64,000 nucleotides of DNA from the human T2T-CHM13v2.0 reference genome, Homo sapiens, in assembly GCF_009914755.1 (NCBI RefSeq), contig NC_060932.1; one strand, written 5' to 3'. Numbering within the stretch: the stretch's first letter is position 1; every line of letters starts with the position of its first letter. Shown in pieces: positions 1 to 14,153 of the stretch. The notes under the pieces are model-generated. The model did not search any database and had not been told where the DNA came from. It was given only the letters and a program-made list of their open reading frames with translations. The position numbers and the translations under genes were made by a program.

Positions 1-25
1 GTAGAATCATTTTGGAAAACAGTAT

Positions 26-588
26 TGACAGAGCAGAAGCACCGTCATCTTGGACAAACACTGCCACTTTAAGTTCCAGCTCCCTTTGTAGTTTCATGCA
101 TTTTAAGAAAATCCTTTCTCCTCTAACTACAAGCAGCCAGAAAGAGCAGACAGTAAAACACAGATAAGACAGCTCGGGCACAGAGGGAGGTTGGGGTAAG
201 TCTCCTGGGTAACTGCCAAACTTCACCCTCATACAATACGCCCCAGTAAAACAGTGGGCCTTAATAAGCACATTCCTTTTTCTTTAGGTGCGCTAAGATA
301 GGGAAGCTAAAAGCAGATTTAGGGGTATGCCTGTAACTGCAGAAAAATGTATGGGAACAAACACACAACTCTCCCTCCCAGATAAGCACAACAGAAAGAC
401 ACAGAAGCAGTCCAAGCCTCTGATAAACTCTCCCACCCTGTATCCTTAAAAACTCTTAGTCTATAAGAGAGTGGGCCTCTTATCTAACTCGGCCAGAAGC
501 TCCTCTCAAGTTTGTTTTCTCTAAAATAAACCTGTCTTGACTAGTGAGCCACCTTTCATGTTTCTTTCCTCTTTCTTTAATTCTTACA
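26..588 (+). mobile_element. ERV1-class solo LTR (MER41C/D-like; subfamily uncertain)
   Basis: TG...CA termini (TGACAGAGC...TTCTTACA), flanking AGTAT duplication at 21-25 and 589-593, AATAAA near 525; inserted in an old L1 fragment. Confidence 0.8.
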
Positions 589-593
589 AGTAT

Positions 594-765
594 AACATTA
601 TCAAAACTGAAGAGTGTCATGCTTTACGACCCAGCAATTCCATTTCTTTACAAATACCTAATAGAAATGTGAGCACGTGCACAACAGGAGACACATTCAA
701 GAAGGTTCTTAGAAGCAATATTTGTAATACCCTAAACTGAAACAACCAAAATGCCCATCAACAAT
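594..765 (+). mobile_element. Old L1M (L1ME-like) ORF2 3' fragment
   Basis: GACCCAGCAATTCCA and AACAACCAAAATGCCCATCAACAAT resemble L1 ORF2 3' end motifs. Confidence 0.65.
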
Positions 766-773
766 GACATGAT

Positions 774-1190
774 GTGGGCACCATGGCTCATGCCTGTAAT
801 CCCAGAGCTTTGGGAGGCTGAGGTAGGAGGATTGCTTGAGGCCAGAAGTTTGAGACCAGCTTTGGCAGCATAGAGAGACCCTATCTCTAAGGAAAGGAAA
901 GAAGAGCAGAGGAGAGGGGAGGAAAAGAGAGGAGAGGAGAGGAGAGGAGAGGAGAGGAGAGGAGAAGAGAGGAGAAGAGAGGAGAGGAGAAGAGAAAAAG
1001 CCAGGTGTGGTGGTGCTCACCTGTAGTCCTAGTTACTAAGAAGGCTGAGGCCGGAGGATGACTTGAGCCCAGGAGTTGGAGGTTACAGTGAGCTATGATT
1101 GCACCACTGCATTCCAACCTAGGTGACAGAGCAAGACCTGAGACCCTGTCTCTAAAAACAAGCAAACAAGCAAACAAACAAACAAAAAAA
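774..1190 (+). mobile_element. AluJ with expanded purine-rich middle linker
   Basis: Two Alu monomers with J-type diagnostics (GGATTGCTTGAGGCCAG, GAGCTATGATTGCACC, GACCCTGTCTC); approximate TSD GACATGAT/GATATGAT. Confidence 0.9.
889..1000 (+). repeat. (GGAGA)n polypurine microsatellite inside the Alu linker
   Basis: 112-bp tract of A/G with a single C. Confidence 0.95.
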
Positions 1191-1238
1191 GATATGATAA
1201 CAAACCATGACCTAGTTGCACAAGAGAACAGTGTAGAT

Positions 1239-1407
1239 CAGGGATCAGGAAATTACAGCCTGTGGGTCAGATCTGGCCTACTATTTTTGTATACACATTT
1301 TATTGAAATACAGCCATGCTTATTTTACATATTGCCTATGGCTAATGGCCCTCAGGTCTGCAAATCCAAAAATGTTTACTGTCTTCTTTACGGGAAAAGT
1401 TTTCCAA
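1239..1407 (+). mobile_element. MER58A (hAT-Charlie MITE), internally deleted
   Basis: CAGGGATCAGGAAATTACAGCCTGTGGGTCAGATCTGGCC start, TTTTATTGAAATACAGCCA core, CTTTACGGGAAAAGTTT end. Confidence 0.75.
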
Positions 1408-1574
1408 AATAAACAAACTATGGCTACATTTGTTAACAAGTATGAATGTTACAAATAAACACTTGAGCAAAAGAAGCCAGACCAAAAAAATTACATAAAT
1501 ATTATGCTTTAAACCGTATTTCTGGTCTCCTTTCCCTACTTCTCCCAGAGTTTTTACCATGTTAAAATGTAACC

Positions 1575-2340
1575 CTGTTCTTCCAGTTTCCCCCTACAAA
1601 CATCTATGTTTCCACATCCAATTCATCAGAAATCTCATTGTGAACAACATTAAATATCCAGCCCCATGGCTCTACCATTCTGATTGAAGTCATCATCATC
1701 TCTCATGAGGATGATGATGTAACAACCTTCTCACTGATGTGTCTCTTTCTGCCCTTGGCCCTGTGCACAGCAGGCAGAGTAATTCTATTAAAAATCAAAT
1801 TTGCTTATGGTATTCCTCTACTCAAAACTCTTCACTGCCTTTCACTCTTATTCAGTACAAAAGCCAAAAGTTTCACTCTTACTAATGTGGCCTTTCTTTA
1901 TCTGGCTTTTGATTCCTTGCTGGCCTCATTTCCTACTACTCTCTCTCTGGCCAGGGTCTTCCTGGAACACACAAGTATTCTCCTGTCTCAGGACAACTGC
2001 ACTTGCTGTTTATTCTGTCTGGGAGACTCTTTGAGGTATCCGGTTGGCTCACTCTCTCAGCTACCTGATGTTTTTACTCAAATATTTCCTTCTTAGTAAG
2101 ATCTTCTTTTCTCACCCCATTTAAAAGTTCAGTTTCCCTCTTCTGACCCTCACTTTCACTTTATTTATCTCCAAAGTATTTGGCACTTTCTAAAATATTC
2201 TCCATAGCTCTATTTTCTTTTGTAGGCTCCACAAAGACAGATATTTTTGTTTGTTTGTCTCTCTTGTTCTCTGTTGTATCCCCAACACTTAGAACAATCA
2301 ATGGCATAGGGTAACACTCAATATTTATTAAATAAATAGG
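1575..2340 (+). mobile_element. L2 (L2a) 3' fragment
   Basis: Typical L2 3' end: TCTCTGTTGTATCCCCAACACTTAGAACAATC..GGCATAG..ACTCAATATTTATTAAATAAAT. Confidence 0.75.
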
Positions 2341-2369
2341 GAATTAACTGAGAAGTTATTCTGGAATGC

Positions 2370-2900
2370 TAAAGAAAAAACAAGTGAGAAAACCACAACA
2401 GAAATGAATATGAAGGACAAGGAGGGGAGGTCTGCTCTAAAGGTGCAAAAGTTCACGAAGGAAAAAAAAAAACAAAGCAACTGCAACATGGACAAAAGAG
2501 ACATAATTTTAAAAGACCCTCATAGGAAATTAGATTAGAAGGTAATGACAAAAGTGCTCTTGCTTCTTTGATGAAATCAGTGAAAAAAAGACAGGTGCCA
2601 GCAGTATTGATGTACCAGGATAAAGGAAATTTTGACAAGCACTCTCAGCTAAGAAAAAAGGAGAGAAACAAACAAAACAGGTTGCTAACAAAAAGCACAA
2701 ATCAGTCTGACTCAGACTTCTTCACTATCAAAAGCCAGAATGAAGAGGAGTGACAGCTCATGAGTTTGAAGAGAAGAAGGTTGTGACCCAAAATCTTTAC
2801 ACATGTCCCAGCTATTTCTCATGCATGTGACAACAGAAATATATTCACAGCTCTCCAACAGCTTAGAGACAGGCTACCCATGGATCCTTACTGGAAAAAA
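2370..2900 (+). mobile_element. Ancient L1/HAL1 ORF1 remnant
   Basis: ATCAGTCTGACTCAGACTTCTTCA..AAGCCAGAA..GACCCAAAATCTTTA resembles the ORF1 C-terminal IRLTSDFS/PRILYPA region; heavily decayed. Confidence 0.5.
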
Positions 2901-3054
2901 AAAATTACATGAAGAGATGACTATAAAATAAATTCAAATTTAAAAATATCATGACTAGACACATAACAACATAAACATACCAATATCCTTTGTCTTTATC
3001 ATCAGGGTAACAATGCCAAAGAATGAAAACAGTCGAGCAGAAAGAGCAAAAGAT

Positions 3055-3265
3055 AGAACATCTGGGTGCGAATCCCAGCTCATTCATTAATTAATGTTGT
3101 GACTTTGGACAAACCACTCAAGCTCTTTGAGTCTTAATTTTCTTATTTATTAAGTTAAGAAAGCAATACTTAACTCTCACAAGTTGATTGAACAGAGAAA
3201 ACTAGATAACGCATGTATGAGGGATTTGTAAATTACTCTAAAAATGTCAGTACTTATTATTATTC
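3055..3265 (+). mobile_element. MIR
   Basis: CTGGGTGCGAATCCCAGCTC..GTGACTTTGGACAAACCACTCAAGCTCTTTGAGTCTTAATTTTCTT core. Confidence 0.75.
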
Positions 3266-3482
3266 CCTAATGGCTTATGCATTTTTCAATTAAATCCTCA
3301 CAGTGGCTTCCACTTTTCAAGGGATGGGCATATCCACGAACAGGAGAATTGTGGAGCAGTGAAGATAGCTCAGTGTATGCAGAAAACATAAATCTTTTTA
3401 TTGTGGGTCTCAATTACCACATATCTCTGCAACACAATGACTAGCATCACTTATTTCTATAGAATGCTTAAGAATTGGATCT

Positions 3483-3829
<347 letters not shown>

Positions 3830-4448
3830 TTAACAAGTCAGGTTACTCTTTACTGGAATCTATACCTCCTACCTGGAGCATGCTTATTTATTATTCAGGT
3901 TATATGTACTTGCTCTCATCCCGGCTAGGCTGCCTTGATCTTGTGTTCCAGTCTTTCCAGCCTTTGCTCACATCCCTTCTCTGCATGGTCTTTCCTCTTA
4001 TCTCCAGACACCCATCATTTTTGGTCAGCCTCTTTAAAACCTTTAGCGTAAACTACACAAGCACACTATTTGCAGCTTAATCATATTCTTTACTATCTTG
4101 CATTAGAATTTAGTATTGTGTTGGTTACATTTTTCATTAACATTTATACCGGAATTGCAACTAAACTATCACTGATGTCCACAAAAATATGTACACTGAT
4201 CAGAACAATGTTCATGACATAACATTGAGAAGAAAAAGGAAGTAAAATTATTTGTACCATGTGATCTACACAAAGTAAAAATGCTAGCAAAAGATTAGAA
4301 AGAACTGTACTTCAGGTTGACAGCAGTTATGTCTGGGACGTAGGATTAGGACACTGTTTCAGAGAATTGGTTTTATGGTGCTATAGTTCTTGAGCTATTC
4401 CAAGTGATCAAATGTTTTAAGAAATTCTACAAGTGAAATCCTCCTCTT

Positions 4449-4966
4449 TTTTTTTTTTTATTATACTTTAAGTTTTAGGGTACATGTGCACATTGTGCAG
4501 GTTAGTTACATATGTATACATGTGCCATGCTGGTGCGCTGCACCCACTAACTCGTCATCTAGCCTTAGGTATATCTCCCAATGCTATCCCTCCCCCCTCC
4601 CCCCACCCCACCACAGTCCCCAGAGTGTGATATTCCCCTTCATGTGTCCATGTGATCTCATTGTTCAATTCCCACCTATGAGTGAGAATATGCGGTGTTT
4701 GGTTTTTTGTTCTTGCGATACCATTTGACCCAGCCATCCCATTACTGGGTATATACCCAAATGACTATAAATCATGCTGCTATAAAGACACATGCACACG
4801 TATGTTTATTGCGGCATTATTCACAATAGCAAAGACTTGGAACCAACCCAAATGTCCAACAATGATAGACTGGATTAAGAAAATGTGGCACATATACACC
4901 ATGGAATACTATGCAGCCATAAAAAATGATGAGTTCATGTCCTTTGTAGGGACATGGATGAAATTG
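4449..4966 (-). mobile_element. L1PA2-type 5'-truncated, 5'-inverted (twin-primed) insertion
   Basis: Poly(T) plus antisense 3'UTR at 4449-4720, then sense ORF2 C-terminus ([11 protein letters not shown]...) at 4721-4970; TSD GAAATCCTCCTCTT at 4435-4448 and 4967-4980. Confidence 0.95.
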
Positions 4967-6279
4967 GAAATCCTCCTCTTAAAAATTCATATCACAAGTA
5001 AAATTATTAAGTAATGTAGCATCATTCAGCTAAGATAATTGTTTAAATGTATCCTCAAATACAATTCTCTGGAACACATTTTGGAAACTAAACATTCCAA
5101 AATTTCCCTAGTGGACATAAACTATTTGAAAAAATATTTTTGTTTAAAGTTTTTTATATTAACAAAGTAACATATCCTCTTTTGAAGCAGTAGAACAATG
5201 CAAAGTTGTATTTAAAAATTAATCTTCTCTTCCCTTTCCATTTTATTTCCATTCCTAAGGTAAGAAATATTAGCAAGTTGATGTGCATTAATTCATTTCT
5301 TTCCCCACAAAACAAGTATAAATGTACTGATGCACAAATGCTTAGGACTTGAGTTATTTATTTTACAAATAAATTATTTACAAAAGCAAGATTATATTTA
5401 CACGTTTTGCAAGTTTTTATTCTCATCTAACAAAATTAAATAACTATGCCTCAAAGTCTAACTCAGCCTTTTGATTAGCTGGATAATTTTGCAGAGTAAT
5501 ATGCCACCATTGATTTACTTATTTTTCTACTGATGGATATTTCATTTGCTTCTATTTTGTTTTTAACACAATTAATAATGCATCTTTGCACAACCACATT
5601 TACTTAGAAGCAATTTTATTTTTATGGGATCAATTCCAATACATAAAATTCCTGAGTTCAAGGACGTATATTTATTTTGACTTCAGTAGATAATGTCACT
5701 AAAATCATTACTTTTTATTTTAGTAGATATCGTCATGAAAATCATTACTTTTCAATATTGTGACAGTCACATTCTCTCTTGGTAAATATGCCCATTTCTC
5801 TACATCTTTGCTAGCACGTGATGCTATTATCATTTTTATTTTAGTAGTGTAATGTAGAAAAATTAAAAGCTTGTATTTTCTTAATAATATTGCCACATAC
5901 ATATATCCATAAATTAATAATTCTTTGTTTTTCTTGGTTTTGAACTTGAAAAAACTGTATCCCGTTATAGGTGTTCTTTCACAACTTGATTTTTTTCCAC
6001 ATTGTTTTTAAAATCCATGTTGAAAATCATAGCTATGATTCTCATTTTCACAGCTGAACAGTATTTCACTGTGTGGATATATTTAATTAATTTATCCATC
6101 TCCTTTCAATGGACATTTATGCTGCTTCTATTCTTCCTTCTCTTTATTTCTACTAGCATCAAGACTACCATAAAGATTCCTCAGAATATCAATTGATATA
6201 CATGCTCCATGTCTATACAGCTCCATAATTAGGAGTAAGGTTACTAGTTCATAGGATATACACAATTTCAACTTCATAA

Positions 6280-6645
<366 letters not shown>

Positions 6646-7009
6646 TATATTAGAGTTTTATACAAGTTTTTATTTCCCCAAATTCTTTCCTATACTTGGT
6701 GCCATCAGGTTTTAAACATTTCTGAAAAATGTGTTGGTTTCTAATGGTCTATCACTACAGTATCTCATTTTAAATTTTCATTTCCCAGATTTTTAACAGG
6801 GTGAGACTGGAAAGAACATCCTTTTATGTTTCTTAGCCTTTCATGTGCCCTCTTCTTGCAATTGTCTATTTAAGGCTTCTGTGAATTTATCAATAAGATA
6901 TTTGCCATCTTTTACCTACTAATATTCTAGAGAATTATTTGTCTTTTACACCTGTGGAAGATACTGGTTAACAGTTGGGGGTTGTCTTCACTTTGTTTAA
7001 TAAATTTTG

Positions 7010-7123
7010 ATAGAGTTACTCACTGTTCCAGTTTGTTTGAGACTGAGGGGTTTCTTGGGACACAGGACTATAAACTGCTAAAACGTGAAAAGCCCCAGGC
7101 AAACCAGGGCAAGGCGTTCACTT
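7010..7123. mobile_element. MER81 (hAT-Blackjack MITE)
   Basis: GACTGAGGGGTTTCTTGGGACACAGGACT..CTGCTAAAAC..AAAGCCCCAGGCAAACCAGG with decayed terminal inverted repeats. Confidence 0.7.
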
Positions 7124-8360
7124 CGTTTTCAATGACTACACATTTTTAATTTTGACAAAATTGAATGTACTAATCTTTGCATTTACGGCTAGTGCTTTTT
7201 GTGTTCCAAAAATAATGCTTCATTTCCTGGATCAGAAAAGAACATATTCTTGTAACTTACTGTCAAAGTTTATCTTTCATATTTAAGTCTACAAACATCT
7301 AAAATAGAATTTTGTGTATATTGTGATACAAGAATGCAATTTAACACATTTTAAAAGTTTATTTTATTAAGGTATTGTCTACATAAAGTCCATCCATTTT
7401 AAGTGAACAGTTTTGTCAATTTGGGGAATTATATACAGCACTGTAACCTCCACCATAACCAAGATACAGAACAATTCTCTCACCTTAAAGAAGTTTCATT
7501 GTGAGACTTCACTCCCAGCCCTGTGGCAAACGCTGATCTGATTTTCATCCCTTTAGTTTTGCCTTTTTAAAGATTTAATTCTAATGGAAGATAGAGTATG
7601 TAGTCTTAGATTTGACTTTTTTCACTTAGCACTGTTTTGAGATTGATCATGGATTTCATTTCTTTTTATTGCTAAGTGGTATTTCATAATATGATATGTC
7701 AAATTTGTTTATCTTTACCATTTGATTAGTTGGCACCATTTGGATTTGCTATATTCAGTCTGCATCTATTATGAATAATGCTGCTATGAATATTCACATA
7801 AAAGAGTTTGTGTGTGCATACATTTCCATTTCTCTTAGGTAAATACCTAGGATGTATGGTAAGTGCAGGGCTGACCTTTTAACATACTGCTGTACTGTTT
7901 ACAAAATGGCTGTGCCACCTTTTTTCATACCAGCAATGTCTATACACTCTTTTTGGTTCGTCCAAGAAATATTTTCTTAAGCTAGTGTTAAAATGATTTC
8001 TTCCATGTTTTCCTCTCTAAGTGTTAATAGCTTTAGCTTATACGTTTAGGTCCCTGATTCATTTCAAATTTATGTGTATGGTGTGAAGGAATTGTATGAT
8101 TTTTCTTTTTATTTTTGTACATATACACAGCAGTTTCATCACTGTTTTTGGAAATGCACACTTTCCACTCTTTAAATAACTTGGCACTTAACGTGGAAAA
8201 TCAATTTTCCATTTAAGTGCAGGTCTATTTCTTAACTTTCCATTGATTTATGGATCTATCTTTACTTCAGTATCTCTCTGTCCTGACTAATGTAGCTTTA
8301 TATTGCCTTGAAATCAGGTTGTATGAGTTTTAATTTTTTTTCCAAAATTATTTTGGTAAG

Positions 8361-8703
8361 TGCTGTGGTCTGAATGTTTGTATCCTCCTAAAATTCCTAT
8401 GTTGAAAGCCTAATCACTAATATGATAGTATTGAGAGGTGGAGCCTTGGGGAGGTGATCTCATTTTGCAGGGGAACCCTCATGAATGGAATTGACATCCT
8501 TATAAAAGAGACCCCACAGAGCTGATCATCCCATCCACCATGGGAGGACACAGAGAGAAGGCGCCATTTCTATGAACCAGAAGGCAGCCCTCACCAGACA
8601 CTGAATTTGCTGATTATCTCCAGAAATGTGAGAAATAAATTTGTTGTTTACAAGCTGCCAGGTTGACAGCATTTTGTTGTGGCAGCCCAAACAGACTAAG
8701 ACA
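8361..8703 (+). mobile_element. MLT1A/MLT1A0 solo LTR (MaLR)
   Basis: TGCTGTGGTCTGAATGTTTGT start, GTGAGAAATAAATTT, GACTAAGACA end. Confidence 0.85.
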
Positions 8704-10634
8704 GCTAGTTTAGATCTCTTCCTTTTCACGTAAATTTTTAAATAAGCTTACCAATGAAAAAAAAAATCTTGTTAGAATTTTGATTGGAATTACCTTGAAT
8801 CTCTAAATCAATATGTAAAGGACTGCCATCTAGGCAGTGTTGACTATTCCAATAGTTATCTCTGCATTTGTTTAGGTGCTTATTACTTTTTATTTGCAAT
8901 GTTTTGAAGCTTTTGTTGTATAAGTATTAGGCATTATTATTAAATTTTCCACTAAGGATTTTTAATACTATTATAAATGAAGTTTAAAATATTTATTTTC
9001 TAATCACACATTAGTTGAATATAGAGATGTAATTGTTTTTGTATATTGGTATTGAATTCTGCAATCTTGCTAAAATCATTTATTATTCTAGTATATGTAG
9101 ATTTTTAAGGCTTTTTTGCATACATGGTTATATAGCTGGAAAATGAGGACTGTTTTGCTTCTATTCTTCCAATCCATGTGGGTTTTATTTCTTTGTGTTG
9201 GTGGTGGCATTGGACTTCCAATATAATTTTAAATAGAAGTGGTGAGAGTGGATTGTCTTGCCTTGTTTGTGATCAAACATTGGGCTTAAAGTATGATGTT
9301 AAATATTATGATAGTTCTAGGTTTTAAACAGATGTTCTTAAATTGAGTAAGTTGCCTTCTATTTTTAGTTTGCTGAGTGTTTCTGTCATAAAATGGTGTT
9401 GAATATTTTTAAATGCTTTTTCCACACCATTGATATAATGATGTGGTTGTTTCCCTTTATTCTATTATTATGATGAAGTACATTGATTTGTTTTCAGATT
9501 TTTAATGAATTTTGAATTTCTTGTCAAAAAACTCTTGATCATAGTATCTCTTTTTCTATGTGGTTGGATTTGATTTATTACCTTTTTAAAAGGATTTTTA
9601 TATTATGTTCTTGAAGAATATCGGTCTACAGTTCTCTTTTAATGGCCTTTGATTTTGAAATCAGAATAATATGGGTCTCACAAAATGAGCTGGGAAATGT
9701 TTCCTTCTTCATTGTCTGAAAGAGTTTGTCTGAGATTGGTGTTATCCTCTGAATGTTTGACAGAATTGATCAGTGAAGCCATTTAGTCCTAGAGTTTTTT
9801 ATGTAGAAGATTTTCAATTTCAGACTCACTTCATTCAGGTTTCTTCATATTTTGATTTCTTTGTCATTTATTCTTAGTAAAGATTTTTTGGTGGCAACTC
9901 AGTTTATGTTTTTCTCAATGTCTTTATTTTATCCTCATCCTTCAAATAGAGTTTACATGGGTAAACAATTTTAAGATATGGTCTTCTCTTCTGATTTCTA
10001 TTGTTTTTATTGAAAATACGCTCATAGTCAAATTTCTATTTCTCTTCCTTTATCATTTGTAAGCTTTTCAAATCTGAGTTTTTATCTCTGTAGCTAAGTA
10101 TAAAAAATTTACGATTGGATTCTTATTCTGCATCTTTGGCAGGAATATCACAGGAGTAATGCCCTGTTCCTTCTTTTCTTGACTTCTGTTAAGTAATGCC
10201 CAATTTCTATTTGTTATTTTACTCTTGATTTGCATTTTGCTTATTTCATTAACATGGTATTATCTTCCTCTCCAGAATAAAGTTTCCTTTATAATTAATA
10301 TGTATTTTGTGGGGAGTAATTTAGAACTACATAATTATCGCATTCCTCACCAAACTTTCCATATTTTCACTTGCTTATTAATATCTATGTGGATTCATAG
10401 CTTCCTATTTTATTCAATGTATGACAATGCGCTACTACCAGTATTTATTTTAATGCTCCAGTTGTCTTTAATTTAGCCAGTGGGCATCCCTTCAAGTTGG
10501 CTTCTGTGTCTTTTTGGTACATCCCATCCTTCTTTCTGTCTTTCCTTGCTTTCTGGCATCAAAAGATGTTTCAGGCCCATCGTATTTTTTCATGCTGCAG
10601 CTCTAAATCAGCTATTTCTCCAATGAACCCTCAT

Positions 10635-10862
10635 TTTTTTTTTTAATTTTTATTTTTAAGTTCTGGGGTACATGTGCAGGATGTGCAGGTATGTTATGTA
10701 GGGATACGTGTACCATGGTGATTTGCTGCGACTATCAACCCATCACCTAGGTATTAAGCCCAGCATGCGTTAGCTATTTTTCCTAATGCTCTCCCTCCCC
10801 TGCCCCTGCCCTGCCAGGTCCCAGTGTGTGCTGTTCCCCTCCCTGTGTCCATGTGTTCTCAT
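10635..10862 (-). mobile_element. Older L1PA (about PA11-13) 3' fragment
   Basis: Poly(T), AAGTTCTGGGGTACATGTGCAGGATGTGCAGG, CACCTAGGTATTAAGCCCAGCATGC. Confidence 0.8.
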
Positions 10863-11079
10863 TCTCTACAGTGGAGAATGTTATTTAGAAGTCCTGCTCT
10901 GGGCCCTTTCACGTGTGCTCATTACTACTGGAGTGTCATTAGCCCCAGGATTTCCCAGTAGACAGAACAAGGGAATAATATGTGTGTATCCACAGGCTCA
11001 CATATATGTATAAATACATATACACATTTAAATCTATATTTACTTTTCTATCTATACATACTAAAAATTGTAAATATTC

Positions 11080-11894
<815 letters not shown>

Positions 11895-13609
11895 ACATTG
11901 ATGTTTTAATTCCAATTCCATAGCCCATAGTCTATTCCAATTTTCTCCTGTTTTGTATTTATAACTACTCTTTCCAACAGTAAGAATTCTGTTTCTTATT
12001 GTTTTTAATAAACTTATTTCATCAATCTCTGGGTATGTAAACAATCTCCCATCCCCACCTCCACCTACCTGTAAGCGTAGATTTCCTCTACGCTCAAGTT
12101 CCAACATTGAGTCACCTTCATGCAAAGATGGCTGAATCCTGCTCAGTCTCTGACACCACATGCTGGACTGCCCCTTAATGGGCATATCTTCCTCACTCTG
12201 CTTGGGTTTTCCTTACCAATATCGAGTTCCCTTTCCCCCTGCATGAATGCCTTCTCACCCTGCTTAGTTCTAACATTCTGTGCAACTATTTCTCACTCCC
12301 TCAATCTACTGTCTACCTTGGTTTGTCCCAACTGATGGCTTTTCAGCTACATTATTCAGAAAAGGTAAGTTAAAGAAAAGGAAAGCAGGAGAGAGAGAAA
12401 AAGGAAAGCATAAGGGAGAGAAAGAGAGGCTCTTTTTTATATTTTCTGGACAGCAGATGTTTCACTTATTTTATATTTTCTTCACTCTGTGTTGCATTTT
12501 CTGTAATTTCCTTGACTTTATGTTCCAGTTTTCTAACACTTTCTTTAACCATGTCTCTCATTTTTTAAATTGGTTTTTGTTTTGTTTTCTTTTAGTTTGC
12601 ATTTCCCCAATAACCAGTGGAGTTAAGGATAGTTTATTATTTTTTAACACTTACTGGAATTTTCTCTTCTTAATTGCTTAGTCAATATTTACTGCTCAAA
12701 TTTCTATTGAGTATAAAACATTCTAACAATGGTTATCTCTGAATGATTGCACTATGGTTGGTTTTATTCTCTTATTTATAACAATCTGTGTTTTCTAAAC
12801 ATTATTTTATACTTGCATTCACCATCAGAAAATTACTAAATTTCAAAATAAAATAATTAAAAGTAGTTCTGTGACTTATTTCATACTTTCTTTTATGACA
12901 AAAACAGAATGACAAATGTTGAAAAATGAGAAAGGATGGGATTTATTCTCTATCTCCTAAATAACTGCATCACCCCTATAAGCTTCCATTTTCCTTCTTC
13001 AAAGCCAGTAATATAATTTTATTACTGAGTTTTGAATAATAATTAAAGCCTTTAAAATGTTCTATATCCAGAGATGGATGATGTTTGATTTTCATGAGGT
13101 CTTCTGGGAATGTTACTGCCAGATTGCCAATGAAATGTCGGCCTTTTCATGAAAGGTATCACATTACTTAATGGATTCAACCTCTTGTCCCTGGCATTCA
13201 ATAGATTAATTTTGTTTTTATTGGTTTCTGACCAACACCATCCTCAATACTTGAAGTTACACACTGCCCATAAAGGATTAATTTTACACAAGAATATCAC
13301 CAAGATTAAAAAATGGGGTGGGTGGGGAAACAAAAAGGAAGTAAGATATAGAGCTCCAGCTGAAGTGATCAATAGTAATCTACATTTCACTTGTTTTTCT
13401 TCTCACTTCTCTCACTGTCCTGTCATCTCTGCATATCTCTTTTTGCAAATTATAGCATTGTTTTGGTTTACAGGCAACTCAAATTTTGAAGGTGATTTTA
13501 GCTAAAAAAAAAAAAAAAAAAAAAAAAAAGAAAAGAGAAGCCACATGGGGACCATGTACTATGCACTATGCTGTTGAGAAGTCAAGGACAGATTCTAGAA
13601 AACAAGAGG

Positions 13610-13750
13610 TAGAATGGGGAAAGGGAGGAGCTGGGGGTCGGCATTAGGCACACCTGAATCCCAGCTCCACTGCATCCTGCCTCCATTACCTTGGGGCACT
13701 TATTTAATCTTTGACCAGAGTTTCCTCATCTATAAAGTGGTGACTAAAAT
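13610..13750 (+). mobile_element. MIR
   Basis: GAATCCCAGCTCCAC..ACCTTGGGGCACTTATTTAATCT..GTTTCCTCATCTATAAAGTGG. Confidence 0.7.
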
Positions 13751-14153
13751 TAACTGATTAATTCTTCATTAATTCAGTAAGTATTGCTTGAGTGCCTACT
13801 ATGTGTCAGTAACATGAGCTATTCAAAATATTGAATCAGAAGAAAATGGCACATTCCAGGAAGTCAATAAACGCTAATTTCCTCCCTTTATATAAGAAAC
13901 TATGTACAGAGGACATTGAATTATAATTTTCAGTTCCCTGATGATAACTTTAAACTGAAGTTATTCCATTATTGATCCATTAAGTTGAGTCTTTATGGTG
14001 AAAAGCAATATCTTATTACGTGGAAATTGACTTGTAAGTTTAGTAAGTAATAACATTCACAGCCTCGAAAATCCCGGGAGAGAAACGATGCAGAATGTAA
14101 TTGAGATGTTCTCTGTCAATTTATTTAGTGGCCATTGAGAGGCAGGCATGAAG

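Noticed and set aside
4682-5014. 110-aa ORF resembling a separate gene
   Set aside because: Chimeric frame produced by the L1 inversion; no ATG start or promoter evidence
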